This document shows, piece by piece, positions 1-12,200 of a stretch of 64,000 nt of DNA. A program made the position numbers and the translations under genes. This stretch comes from Takakia lepidozioides (taxonomy: Eukaryota; Plantae; Bryophyta), in the NCBI GenBank assembly GCA_030704615.1, contig CM060732.1:4092001-4156000 (forward strand), in the 5' to 3' direction. The notes beneath the pieces were generated by a model. It had not been told where the DNA came from and ran no database searches. It saw nothing but the letters and a program-made list of their open reading frames with translations. Within the stretch, counting starts at the first letter, position 1, and every line of letters starts with the position of its first letter.

Positions 1-1735
1 GGCCTAACCATGCGAGCTGCCACCACTGGGCCCTCATTCACAGGAGCTCTCATCTCATTCTGGTGTCTAATCCAGAATGAACAGGCTGCCTTGCGATGTC
101 CTGCTGATTACAATAGTAACACAGTTATTCACCATTGGGTCCTCGCCCTTGGTCTGCTCTTGGATTATTTCTGTAATCCTGATTCCCTGGCTGTTAATTC
201 CCCTTGGATTACCCTGATAGTTGCCTCTGGAATTTCCTTGGTAATTCCCTCTTGAATTACCTCCCCTTCCATGCCATTGTTATAACCACCAGGTCTACCA
301 TAGTGGTCCTGATCACTGTTTCTTCTTGGCTGGGGCTGCACTTGATGCACCCTTACTTGCTTAGGTTCTCTTGCAGCTGTCCTTCTGTTGTAGTAACAAT
401 TTCAGTAGAATGGTTATCCATCTTACAGATAGTACAGTGTTTCTCCTTCATGTGGCATTCAGTGGTGGTATGGCCTTCATTCTGGCACTTTGCACACCAA
501 ACACCCTTCCTCCAATGTGTTGCAGCCTCTGTGGCATACTTCTTCAAGATTTCTTCTAATCTTTTCTCATAGTTATCCCTCTTCAACTTCTCCTTTCTCT
601 TACTCTTCCTTTTCAGTTCTTGCTCTTCTTCTTCATCTGACTCATCCTCAGAGTCCTCATCATCCATTTTCTCTCTCTTGAGCATTCCCAATTGCTCAAT
701 TCTGTTTGCAGTTTCAAATGCCTCCTCCACTGTATTATGGGGTAACATATCCACTTTCTTCTGCAACTCTGGTCTTAGTCCACTCACAAACCAAGTCTTC
801 TGTAAACCTGGTGCTGGTACAGCAGCCAGCTTTTTCATCATCAATTCCATCTTTTCCATATACTCCTCAACAGTTTCATGCTTCTTTTGCTTTAACTGTT
901 GTAAACTTCCATACACTTCATCCTCAGTTTTACTTGTCCTGAACCTATTTCGGATGGTTGTATTCAAGCCATTCCAGGTTAGGAAATGATTATCAGGGAA
1001 TCTTGCATACCATTCACTTGCTTTCTTGATAAGTGAACAAGGAAACAATCTCATCTTGGCATCATCGCCATTCTCATTGTTCACTATACACATGTGCTCA
1101 AATTGGCTAATGTGTACATCGGGATCCCCTTTTCCTGAATATATTGAAAAAGGTGGTTTTGCCCGTGTTGGTTTGTAACGCCATTGTGGCCCTACCTTCT
1201 GCCCACTGACAGGTGCTGGCACCCTTGCTGGTGCTGGTCCTAGAGGACCTGTTGTAGTTGTGGTGGATCTTGCACCAAGTGGTGGCCCCTGAGCACTCCC
1301 TGCTACTAGCCCCACGATATTCACAGTATTCCCAGCTCCAGTTGCACTATTTCCCACACTCCCTGTCCCCCCAGAGCCAGATCCAGGCAGCCCGCCTGAT
1401 CCCTCTGAGCCGACACCTTCGTTGGCCTGTGATCCAAGTGCTCCACTTGATCCAAGTCCAACGGGTTGAGATGTCCTGGTTGTAGTCTCAACCTCAGCTG
1501 TTGGGTCTACTTCTTCATACTCTTCCTCTTCCAATTTCTTCTCTCTATTTTCATCCTCCAAGTTCTGCCCTTGGGTTTCTTCTTCACTCATGTAACTCAA
1601 CTGCAATGGTGTTGGAGAGTCTGAACTCTCCATTGGCTCTGCCACATCCTCTCCTCCTTCTTCACCCTCCGCTTCAGAAACTGGAGTTCCTGCTTTTGGT
1701 GTTTCATGCCAACTCTTATCAAAGATTTCTGTCAA
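1..1735 (-). mobile_element. gag: Ty3/Gypsy LTR retrotransposon gag (capsid domain + CCHC zinc knuckles); frameshifted near 360 and running off the window
   Basis: ORF 353..1735: YSGKGDPDVHISQFE...RLFPCSL..KASEWY...LQQLKQKKHETVEEY...WFVSGLRPEL (Retrotrans_gag pattern), then CAKCQNEGHTTTEC and CTICKMDNH knuckles. Confidence 0.88.
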
Positions 1736-1796
1736 ATCTTTTATCCAGGGATGTACCTCAGATCTTTCACATCTGGTTGTTCATGACCCAGTTCAC

Positions 1797-1810
1797 CAGT
1801 ATGGTCGCCA
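1797..1810 (-). promoter_or_regulatory. Primer-binding site of the Ty3 element (TGGCGACCATACTG, probably tRNA-Arg type)
   Basis: Minus strand reads ...CTCGACA-TT-TGGCGACCATACTGG: LTR end CA, a 2-nt spacer, then TGG, just upstream of gag. Confidence 0.7.
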
Positions 1811-1812
1811 AA

Positions 1813-2704
1813 TGTCGAGCGGCTTTTACTCACCCATCCCTTCGCTATCCGAGGTGGGAACTCCAAGATAGAAGAGTTGGAAATCTCTAAGCACTCAGCC
1901 CGCTCAGAACAATCAGTCATGACCTACAACTAGTGTATCATGGGGGTGTTTCCTATTTGTACTCCTTCCCACATTCATGTTAGCGAGTTACCTTACTATC
2001 TGCAATTAAGTATCAGTTTGCTTCAGAAATCTATCAAGTTCCATCCATTCATTCCACAGCTTCACTCAGGTCTCTCTACACAGTGTGAGTATGAAGTATG
2101 TATCAGATTAATATCTATCAAGTATCGGGTTGAAGTCATGGTGTTTCTCATCTACTCTACATTACAATTCTACAGCTTGCATTCATCAAGTAACAACATA
2201 TCGTCTCTTCTTCTACTCCGTGCTCTCCCTCTTTCTACTCAGAGATGCGCTCTCCGCTTCATTTTCCCCCGTGATCCAGAAGTCCTCCCCCCAAGTAGTG
2301 ATGTCGACGTCCCCGCTCTTCATTTTTTCTACCTACAAGCTGCTCTAATCGCTTTCCTAACTAACCGTCATCCCTGTAGTACACGTTCATTTTTCAGATG
2401 TCGTTCCCCCACCGTCGTTCCTTGCCAATGATAACTGTGCCCCAGCTGTGCCGAGCTGTGACTGGCTGTGTTGGGCTGTGTAGGGCTGTGTGAAGCTGTG
2501 GCGGCTGTATCGGGCTGTGACTGGTTGTGTTGGGCTGTGTCGACTGTGCGAAGCTGTGACGGCTGTGTCTGACTGTGTCGGTTGTGTCGGCTGTGATGGA
2601 CTGTGTTGGGCTGTATATCTGTGCGAAGCTGTGACTAGCTGTGTTGGACTGTGACGGGCTGTGACGGCTGTGTCGGGCTGTGATGGACTGTGTTGGGCTG
2701 TGTA
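1813..2704 (-). mobile_element. LTR (~890 bp) of the Ty3 element
   Basis: Ends in CA next to the PBS; the far end abuts a polypurine tract AGGGGGGGAGA (2705-2716, minus); the 5' TG appears mutated to TA. Confidence 0.55.
2435..2703. repeat. GGCTGTG(N)n minisatellite (~10-bp period) inside the LTR
   Basis: About 25-30 copies of a CTGTG core (ggctgtgttg ggctgtgtag ggctgtgtga agctgtg...). Confidence 0.9.
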
Positions 2705-3782
2705 TCTCCCCCCCTAAAGCCTGTTGCTGTCACCCCTAAGGCTCCTGTTGGTCTCAGTCTGTGTAAAAATTAAGGGTACCCCACAGATCCCGTAAAAGCG
2801 TCTAAGTCCCAAGCAGCCCTCTAACAGCTGGCTTGAAAGATCCACCATAATCCCTTGAACAGTCATTTACACTGGCTGTGTGAAAGTGAAATGTCAGAGG
2901 TGTCTGGGACGACCCCAACAAATGACTTCATCTAAATCAAGTGGGTGGGCTTCACGTGCGGTTTTGGATAACTGCTGGCCAACACAGCTGATGTGGTACA
3001 AGCCACAACAAGTCAATAATATATCCACTTGTTGGTAAGAAAGGAGGTTGCCGTGTTAACCGGAGGACTTCGTCAAGTTGTGGCTTGCCTGCCTAAGTAC
3101 ATGCTGGGCAATGGTAGGATCTCAACTTCATGAGGTGATATGATCAATCATATTAAAACATCATAGGGATCAGGCATCCACTTGGTTACGTTCTTGGTCA
3201 TCGCATAGGAACAAAAATGAGAAGTTGAAGACCTGCATCAGATGGATGTTACTAAAATGTAAAGCTCTCATGATTGCATTTCAGAGGACTTTCTTTGGAT
3301 AAAGCCAAATTTTACTTAGGGAACCCATTGATCCGGAGTGTTGAAAACTTGGAGTGAGGCCGCTTCTCTTGTCTTTCTTGCATCTCTAACATGGGATACT
3401 CTAATGATAGTTTGGAACTGTTCGTAGTTGTGAGCATTGTTCAACCAGCATTGTTCTCTCCTTTTGACGATCCTGGTTTAAATTAGTGCAAATGTAACCA
3501 AGCAACCTCTACATATTGAAATGTGCGTAATTTATGGCCCTTGGCTCGCTCGTGTCTATCCGTAGTGATTTATTTGTCCAGGGATGATCTGTTCTTCCAC
3601 TGCAACAAACTCGTTCACAAAATGCTCTTCTTTCGCTCCAATCCATTTGTCTTTTGAGTACAACATCAGCATAATACATTTGCACAAAGTATTGGCCAAT
3701 TTCGGCAGAGGCTTTGTGTCCACACACATGTTGGAATTTGGACTTCATATTTTTCATCCAACCACGATCTAGGCTAATAACC

Positions 3783-3955
3783 ATGATCTAATCGCTAATC
3801 GCTAATCGTTTAATCAGAGATCGTTTCAATGGCTAATCGCTAATCGATAATCTTTAATCGCTACTCATGAATCGTCATCGTTAATTGTTATTCCAAAATC
3901 ATGGAAGTATTCCTTCAGATCGTTAATCGTTAATCGTTATTCGATTGACGATTTG
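3783..3955. repeat. TAATCG short-motif cluster (transposon subterminal-like)
   Basis: ctaatcg-ctaatcg-ctaatcg-tttaatc... gttaatcg-ttaatcg-ttattcg. Confidence 0.6.
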
Positions 3956-6420
3956 TTGATGTTTGATGTTTGCAAAATCATCCGATGTTGTGCTTCTCTC
4001 TACCATCATATCTGAGCATGTGCTTGAGTTGATTTGTGACGAAGAGTATTGCACCTTTGATCAAGGGTCTTGCAATAATATCTTGTTCCTCTAGAAATAA
4101 TTAGTTGACTTTATTTCATTATTGTATTTGACGGATTGATGATTTGATGATTTGATGATTGATGATTGATGATTTCATGATTTGATGTTCATTTTGAATT
4201 AAGGCCAAAGCTTTATACAAAGCAAAATCATTCGATGTTGTGCTTCTCTCTACCATCCTACCTGAGCATGTGCGCTCGTTTTTCTCTGATGAAGAGTATT
4301 GCATGGATTGCAATTGCGTCGTTATGTGACAAAACCATTCGAATTCGTCAAGGAATCGAGGATGTCACCAAAGAAGTTTAGTATATGCCTAATCCGACGC
4401 TCTCTATAAGTTATTTAATGTATCTAGATGTCAACGTTGTCTCCGGACAGTGGAGACAACGAACTTGAAAACTAATAACAACGCTATTGAAATAAGGGCA
4501 AAGCTTTACACAAAGCGAAATCATCCAATGTTGTGCTTATCTCTACCATCCTACTTGAACATGTGCGCGAGTTTTTGGTGATGGCGTTTGAGGGGAGGGA
4601 GAACCCACTTGTTAGTCTCTCTCCTCCTTTAGATTCCGAGCTGCTTTCTCAAGCTCTTGGATTTTTTTCGATGATATTGTTGTCCTTTCGAATTCGTCAA
4701 GGAATACCAAAGAAGTTTAGTATGCGCCTAATCCGAGGTTCTCTAGAAGTTTTATACAGAGCAAAATCATTCGATGTTGTGCTTCTCTCTACCATCCTAC
4801 CTGCGCATGTGCACGCATTTTTCTGTGACGAAGAGTTTTGCATCAATTGCAATTGCGTCGTTCTCTAGAAGTTATCTAATGTATCTAGATGTGAACGTTG
4901 TCTCCGAACAGTGGAGACAACGATCTTGAAAACCAATAACCACGATCTTGAAATAAAGCCAAAGCTTTTTACAAAGCGAAATTATCCGATGTTGTGCTTA
5001 TCTCTACCATCATACCTGAGCATGTGCGCGAGTTTTTTGTGATGGCATTCGAGGGAGGGAGAACCCATTTGTCTGTCTCTCTCCTTCTTTAGATTCCAAG
5101 GTGCTTTCTGAAGCTCTTGGATTTTTTCGATGAGATTGTCCACCTTTCGAATTCGTCAAGGAATCGAGGATGTCACCAAAGAAGTTTAATATGCGCCTAG
5201 TCCAAGGTTCCCTAGAAGTTATTTGATGTATCTACATGTCAACGTTGTCTCTTGACATTGGATGCCTGCTATGACTTAGGTGATTATGTCAAATAATTCC
5301 CACAAAGGCAACGACGTGCAACTGGAGCAAGTGATGCAAATTGGCACCAAGACTCTACGCTATGTAAATCACATGGAGGTGGAAATGTTAGTGAGATCTC
5401 ATCCGATATACAAAGCGAAATCATCCGAGGTTGTGCTTCTCTCTACCATCCTACCCGAGTATGTGCGCGCGTTTTTCTATGACGAAGAGTATTTGGGGCT
5501 GATTGCAATTGCGTCGTTCTGTGACAAAATCTTTCGAATTTGTCAAGGAATCGAGGATGTCACCAAAGAAATTTAGCATGCACATAATCCGAGGTTCTAT
5601 ACAAGTTATCTGATGTATCTAGATGTCAACGTTTGTCTCCTGACAGTGGATGTCTGCTAGCTACGACTTAGGTGATTATGTCAAACAACTCCCACAAAGG
5701 CAACGACGTGCAACTGCAGTGCAACGATGTGCAATTGTATTGTATTCATGATTTGATTTGATGATTTGTTGATTTGAAGTTTGATTTGATGTTGATTTTG
5801 AAATAAGGCCAAAGCTTTATACACCGAGTGATCTCCAACAAGAATGATCTGCTTCAGTTCCTTCATTTGGGTGATAATATCAGTCTCTGCTTCTACTTGT
5901 TGTGCATCTTCATCAATTATTGCGCAATTAAAAGCTTCAACGATTGTTGGCCTTCTATGGAGATAGTGCAAAAAAACAATGCAAGCATTCTTCATGCATT
6001 CCATCTCCAACCATTCCAGTGATGTATCTAGATGTCAACGTTGTCTTCTGACAGTGGATGTCTGCTACGACTTAGGTGATTATGTCAAACAACTCCCACA
6101 AAGGCAACGACGTGCAACTGCAGTGCAACGATGTGCAATTGTATTGTATTCATGATTTGATTTGATGATTTGTTGATTTGAAGTTTGATTTGATGTTGAT
6201 TTTGAAATAAGGCCAAAGCTTTATACATCGAGTGATCTCCAACAATAATGATCTGCTTCAGTTCCTTCATCTGGGTGATAATATCAGTCTCTGCTTCTAC
6301 TTGTTGTGCATCTTCATCAATTATTACACAATTAAAAGCTTCAACGATCGTTGGCCTTCTATGGAGACAGTGCAAAAAAACAATGCAAGCATTGTCCATG
6401 CATTCCATCTCCAACCAATG
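3930..6420. repeat. Degenerate mosaic tandem array (recurrent ~200-500-bp modules), ending in a 404-bp tandem duplication
   Basis: Block caaaatcat(c/t)cgatgttgtgcttctctctaccatc recurs near 3975, 4222, 4516, 4761, 4975 and 5415; ORFs 5681..6010 and 6085..6414 are near-identical. Confidence 0.85.
5821..6365 (-). pseudogene. Two tandem fragments of an SF1B (UPF1/SEN1/DNA2-like) helicase, motif II-III only
   Basis: FNC(A/V)IIDEDAQQVEAETDIITQMKELKQIILVGDH matches the AAA_11 pattern FD.VIIDEAAQ..E.E.......K..ILVGDH; no Walker A seen. Confidence 0.65.
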
Positions 6421-6559
6421 TCTCTATCAATTCAGAAAACAACTCAGTGCCAAAACTTCCTAGTTTTCCAAATCCATTTTCGTCTTTGTTGTATCACGAG
6501 GAAAGCTTGCAGCGTCTTTACATTCCATAGTCTGTTGAGGAAATAAATTTATTCCATTC

Positions 6560-6856
6560 TTAAATCATATGCTTAATGACAACATGTGCAATGTGCATGC
6601 AAAATTTGGCAATGAACAGACATCATCTGCACCCAAAACCATATTTTCTTCCCTCATTTGCACTCCAAAGTTGAGTTGTCTTCAACTTCATGCACTATTC
6701 ATAGAGAGTTCTGCAATAGTGAACGAAGAAAACACTTTTTTATTTTTATTTATTTGTTTGGTCCAATATTTTGCACGGATGTAGTGGTGCAAGGGTCGAA
6801 TTCATAGAACAAAACACAACAATTTTTTTTTTATTACGTAGCAGCAATCCCCAATC
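6560..6856 (-). repeat. Diverged inverted copy of the 59500-59810 / 60380-60710 repeat
   Basis: atagagagttctgcaatagtgaacgaagaa and tacgtagcagcaatccccaatc are reverse-complement matches to 59645-59675 and 59520-59542. Confidence 0.75.
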
Positions 6857-6859
6857 CTA

Positions 6860-7257
6860 GACCCCCAGGCAAGAGGGCACTTGCGACGCCCCAGCAGGCC
6901 TGCGACTGCAGGGAATTGCAACCTCGCCATTGTGGCATTGCGACGACGTCTGGACGTCGCAAACCCCAGCGCGAGCTGGCTCGGCCCTCCCCACGCGCCT
7001 AAGTGTGAGGGGGTGTTGTTGCGATTCCCGACAGTCGCAGCCTTGCGGGAGCGTCGCAGAGGGTATATACGATGCCCGGGCGTCGCAACCCAGCTCGCTG
7101 GCGGGGTCATGCCCCAACAGCAGCGACGTGGCGGAATCGCAAGCAGGCGAAGCGTCAACGGAGCGGCGGCGACGGGCCGACGTCGCAATTTCCGGGCCAG
7201 ACGCCTGCGCGGCGCTGCAGTCGTAGGAGGGTCGTCGCGTCCAGCGCGCCTGGGGTC
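6860..7257. mobile_element. GC-rich MITE-like element with many GCGAC/GTCGC motifs
   Basis: Ends GACCCCCAGGC ... GCCTGGGGTC; abrupt GC shift; more than 10 inverted GCGAC(G) motifs. Confidence 0.55.
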
Positions 7258-8429
7258 CCAGCATCGCTAACCCCCCCTAAACATAGTAGTGTGCGGTTGG
7301 AGTAAAGCTGAACTTCATACTTGAGGGAAATTCACCTGCTTCATCATGCAATCGAACTTCACTGTGGTGGGCTGGTGTAGGTCGCTTGTGGTTGAAGTTA
7401 CTTTCAGAAGCCCAAGGGCTTCTGTTCATGGCTCTGGAAGGCTTTTGGTTCTCTGTCTTTATGGCTCTCACCCTCTGTGATCACAATGCTATGATGGGCT
7501 GGTGCAAGTCTCAATTAGTTCTGGAGCTTTGCACTTGTTGTGTGCCAAGGGCTTTTGGGTGCCAGCCATGATCTTTTGAGAGAGGGGGGGAACTCATCAT
7601 CATGGACATCTGGTAGTGAGTAAACAACTTGGGCACATGACCATCCAATGGAAATTCCTGACCCACCTGTTGCAAATAGTGGCCATACTATACAAGTGCC
7701 AAGGAAAGTGGTTTCAACATTACTCTTCATTTCTACATACAATACATTACAAGCCAACACAGTAAAATCTAGAATGTGAGTGGGAGTGGTCCCTATTCCA
7801 GATGCAGGCCTGGGGTATAATTTGACACCGGGTGGAGAGCTGAAATCCTTGCACACTTGCATTAACCACTGCTCCACCAGTGATTGAATCTTTTGATTCC
7901 ACCTGCTACATCTCATAACTTTCATTTGATTATTTAGGTTTTTTTTTCAGTTCTTCTCTGGGACAACAAATTATAAGAGGCTTCTCCATGTAGATCCTTG
8001 GAGATTCCTAGAGTCCAACTCTTGTTTGGCCAAACTGGAATAAAGCGATTTCTCTTTTGACATTTTTTACTTGTCTTTTCATAACCTTTTCTCAATCTGA
8101 CATACAGTCCACTTGTTTGATTGATACATATTCCAAGTCTGTATGCCTGTGTGTGTGTCTCTCTTCCACCATATTGTACTACTGTTCTTCCAGATTGCAG
8201 CTCAAAAGCCTAGCGGGGCTGTTCATGCATGTCAGGAAATCATCTCATAAACAATGCATACGACTTTCCTTCTTCTGCACACGAGTGATCAGCCTGTTGC
8301 CCACATTGAAGTCAAGTCCTCCTCCTCGCATGACTTTGTGCTTCATTTCGCGAGGAGAAGGGGAGAAGAGAGGAGCGAGGAAGAGGAGGTACAAGGGGGA
8401 GGTGAAAATTTCGTCCTTATGCCCACACG

Positions 8430-8540
8430 TGCTAACTTTAATACGTGTGGGGGGGGGGGGGGGGGGGCACCTAAATAAACATAGCCGTGACTAAACTCCA
8501 CTTAGCCACGGTTAAATCGGGCAGTGCGGCTGGGGCATTA
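8430..8540 (-). mobile_element. PIF/Harbinger-like terminus
   Basis: Reverse complement TAA-TGCCCCAGCCGCACTG matches TAA-GGCCCCGGCCGCACT at 15783; subterminal similarity to 18970-19065. Confidence 0.4.
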
Positions 8541-8542
8541 GA

Positions 8543-8898
8543 TGTTGGAAATCAACTCCTTACCAAGTTACTGCTACTTAGAGTTACTGTGATGACAAGT
8601 CAGACTTCAATAATAGCAGTGCTGATAAGTCACGGTTAACAATAGAGATAAGCCTTAGTTAGCTAAAAGATAGCTAAAGTTAGCTTTAGTTATTAGTGAC
8701 TCAAGTCAGTGTACCAAAATAGCAGGTGGAGATAATTAAGTAAAAGCATGGAGTTATGCTATAGTTATCTCAGCTATTCCTTGATTAGATTTGAGTATGA
8801 ATAGGGAGAGCTCTGAGGGTGAACACATCCTATGGTTGGGTGGAGAGTTCTCAGTAATCAATTCATCTTTTATCTCTATTCTGTGTCAAATTCCAACA
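8543..8898. mobile_element. Solo LTR (356 bp)
   Basis: TGTTGGAA...TTCCAACA termini flanked by a perfect 5-bp TSD TTAGA (8538-8542 and 8899-8903). Confidence 0.9.
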
Positions 8899-9196
8899 TT
8901 AGAAAGCTACTCGAAAAAATAACTTGAGAGCCATGAAGGCTAGTGTTGGGGGGTTTTAAGCTTATTAATCATTAAAATCATTAAAATCTGCAAAAGATAT
9001 GACCTAAAATGTGATATGGCGCAACTCGAGTTGGCCAATACCTATCCCTGAATCGCAACTCAAGACATGGAAGATGATAACATTCTCATCCACGATGATT
9101 CTCATCCACTGATTTGTTCATCTATCATTGACAGTTTTCCTCACTTTTACTGAAACATAAGTGCGAGATGACCTTGGGTTTTCATCCATATCATGC

Positions 9197-9204
9197 TAGG
9201 GTTT
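9197..9204 (-). promoter_or_regulatory. Telo-box (AAACCCTA) just upstream of RPF1
   Basis: TAGGGTTT ~90 nt before the ATG; telo-boxes are typical of plant ribosome-biogenesis genes. Confidence 0.45.
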
Positions 9205-9291
9205 AAGGCACAAGTGAAGCATTTCTCTGTGGTGGTGTGACGTCCCTTGTTTCTAGATTTCTTTTGCTCTTTGTGTGATCGGAGTTGTCTA

Positions 9292-12200
9292 ATGGCAAAG
9301 CGCTCGAGACAAGATGATGGGGATGATGACGAAGGGGAGGTAGCCTTGCGAAAGGCAGAGGCGAAGTCGCCATCACAGATCAAGAACAAGCAAAGGCGGT
9401 CGGCGGCATATTCAAAGCTTAAACACGAGAAGCTGGTGCAGAAGAAGCAGCGCGTCAAATCTCGGGATGCTGCAGAGAAGCAAGCTATTGAGCTGGGCGA
9501 AGCTGTGAGTCGACCTTTGATTCTTGTTTTCCCCTTTTGTGAGCTTTTATTCCTATGCTTCTTTACTCCGATCATCCACATGTTTCTCCTGGAACATGTA
9601 TCCTCCCTCTGAACTGGGAAATTCTGGACATTTCTGACCTACACCTTGCATCTGTGAAGTGCTGCCCCATTTTCCTGGACGTGCGCTCTCTTACATTGCC
9701 ATATTTGTCTCTATTCCCCGATCTAGGTTTATTCAATTGGAGCGCTGCCAGGTGTTGCTGAAAACTCTAGCAGTCCCTAAAGGAAGTACCAGCGCACCTT
9801 TGAACGTAATGCATCTATGTCACGGTCTAGTGGCATGGCTTGCTGTTCCAGAGACAGTAGTTAGACGGACACGCTTTGAAATAGTTATGTGAGGCCTGGC
9901 AAGATGAATGGCTGGCACAGTGAATGTAAAGATGAATGGATCATGACGGTGTGGATATGGGGTGCAGCCACCACCTCGGAAGATTCCTCGCACTATCGAG
10001 AATACAAAGGAGATTGATGAAACTGTCGCACAGCCGGGTGATGATGAGGTATTCTTGCAGCTAGCACATGCGAGTTACTTAAATGGTTTGATTTGAGAAT
10101 ATGAAGAGTTGGTCACTCAGCCCACCAGGGTACATGGAAAAGCAACAGACTGTACCTCTCTAGCTTTTGACAAGTGGCCTGCCAATCAGGCTGGAGAGAG
10201 AGACAAAAAATGATGTCCATGGGAGAGAATGTTTGTGTGTGTGAACATTGTTGTCTTTAGCTTCAGTGTTGTGGTCACAAGAACCGGTTGGTAAAGCTTT
10301 TGCTTGATGGTGGGCCTGGAAACAGTTGCATGCAGATGATGCTGCCGATGAGTTCAGTCCACATTTCACCCGTGATCGCACAACCAAGCTGCTGATCACC
10401 ACTTCACAAGAATGCTCCACTGTAATAGTCAACCCCTTACTTTTGAAGTCAGTGCCAGAACTTCTTCAAAGTTGATCACTCTATTGAAGATAGAAGTTGA
10501 ATGCCCCAATTGTCTCTTCTCTCTCTCTCTCCCTCTTTGACCCCGCTGGATGAATCTGACTTAGAGGCTGTAGTGTCCAAAGCCATGTATGTTGCCAGGA
10601 AATTGTCTGATGAAAATGAAGTTAGGCAGAAAACTTCCCTGAACTTGTTTCCAGTCTGTGACATCGGTGAGGCCATTATGGATGACCTCAAGGGTGTACC
10701 CACTCTCGGCACTAGACTCAAGTTTAAACTCAGGGCGGGAAGCCTACCTTTGTACAGCAAACAGATGCAGAGAGGAAAGAGGGATTTTAAATGCCTGTTG
10801 TGTGGGCAACCTGTAGACAATATTCACTTTCTGACATTGTCCTGGGGATTTTCACCAGAGAGATGCCCTCTTCAAATCCATCAAGGGATTTGTTCCTGTA
10901 CCTCTGTTTCCCAACTTTGAAAATCTCGAGGCTGAGCCAAAAGCCCAGCCCCTTTTGGGGCCTAGTTATTGGCCAAATCACACAGCAGATCTCTGCCCGC
11001 GTTTATAGGCCTACCTTGGAGTATGCATCTGCTGTGTGGGTTGATAACTTTCAACCAGGCTAAGTCTCTAGAATCCATTCAAGTGGGGATGCTCAAGGAG
11101 TGCATGTCAGCATGCTCCAAAACAGCTAATGTGGCTGTTCAGGGTGAGTTTGGCATTCCTCCCCTAAGCTCCTGACGCGGTGAATTCGACTAATACCACA
11201 TATCCTAAGCTAATGGACTCTATATCTTGGGAGCGGGAGCGCCCTGTCAAACAGGCCAAGTCCTGGCAGAAGAGGGTAGAAGAGATTTTCAAGGATCTGA
11301 ATGTAAGTCCGCAAGCCGTTACCCTGCCGGATATATCTGACTTAGAGGCTGAAGTTTCCAAAGCCATGTCTGTTGCCAGGAAATTGTCTGGTGAAAATGA
11401 GGTTAGGCAGAAAACTTCCTTGAACCTGCTTCCAGTCTGTGACATGGGTGAGGCCATCATGGATGACCTCAAGGGTTTACCCACTCTCGGCACTCACTGA
11501 AATTCAAATTCAGGTCGGGTAGCCTACCTTTGAACCACAAACAGATGCAGAGAGGAAAGGCGGATTGTGAGTACCGGTTGTGTGGGGCAACCTGAAGACA
11601 ATATCCACTTCCTGATTCATTGTCCTTGGTTCTCTCACCAGAGAGACACCCTCTTCAATTCCAGCTTCCTTAGGGCTAGGATGATCTCAGTTGGTTATTG
11701 CACCTGCAGGGTACGCGCAAGTTTATAAAGGAGCTCCTTACAGTGATTCCCAATGTGCACTACTACAAGCGCGGGTCCTACAACCTTAAGCAGGTTTGTA
11801 CACAACCACACCTCTCACTGCTTTACTGAGCATCTCTGCTTGTCTTTCTGCAGTAGTCTCAGCATGGATTGTTATGACTGAAGAAATGTAGTGAGTTTAT
11901 CGGTACATAACCTTCTGCAATAGTTGACATGGATGCATCATTTGACTCTTCTAAGCCTACTTGGCCTTAGAATAAACCTTATACTGAAGTATATTCTGAG
12001 CAAAACACTTATTTGGGGTTGGTTAGGATATTCCTTGGGGATGGCTGGTGTAACTGGGTGGGTGCATGGCAGATTGTAAAATATGCATCAAATCGTGAAT
12101 TCACAAGTATGATGGTTGTCAATGAGAATCGGAAACAGCCAAGTACATTTTCCTTTCTTCTGTATGCAATTATGCAATGGAACTTCAGCAGCTTCACTTC

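Noticed and set aside
3509-3784. 91-aa ORF (MYYADVVLKRQMDW)
   Set aside because: Possibly a transposon-derived fragment, but I cannot assign a family from sequence alone
6802-7305. Five overlapping ORFs
   Set aside because: By-product of a GC-rich palindromic MITE; no protein motifs
7290-7925. 136-aa minus-strand ORF
   Set aside because: No recognisable domain or splice structure
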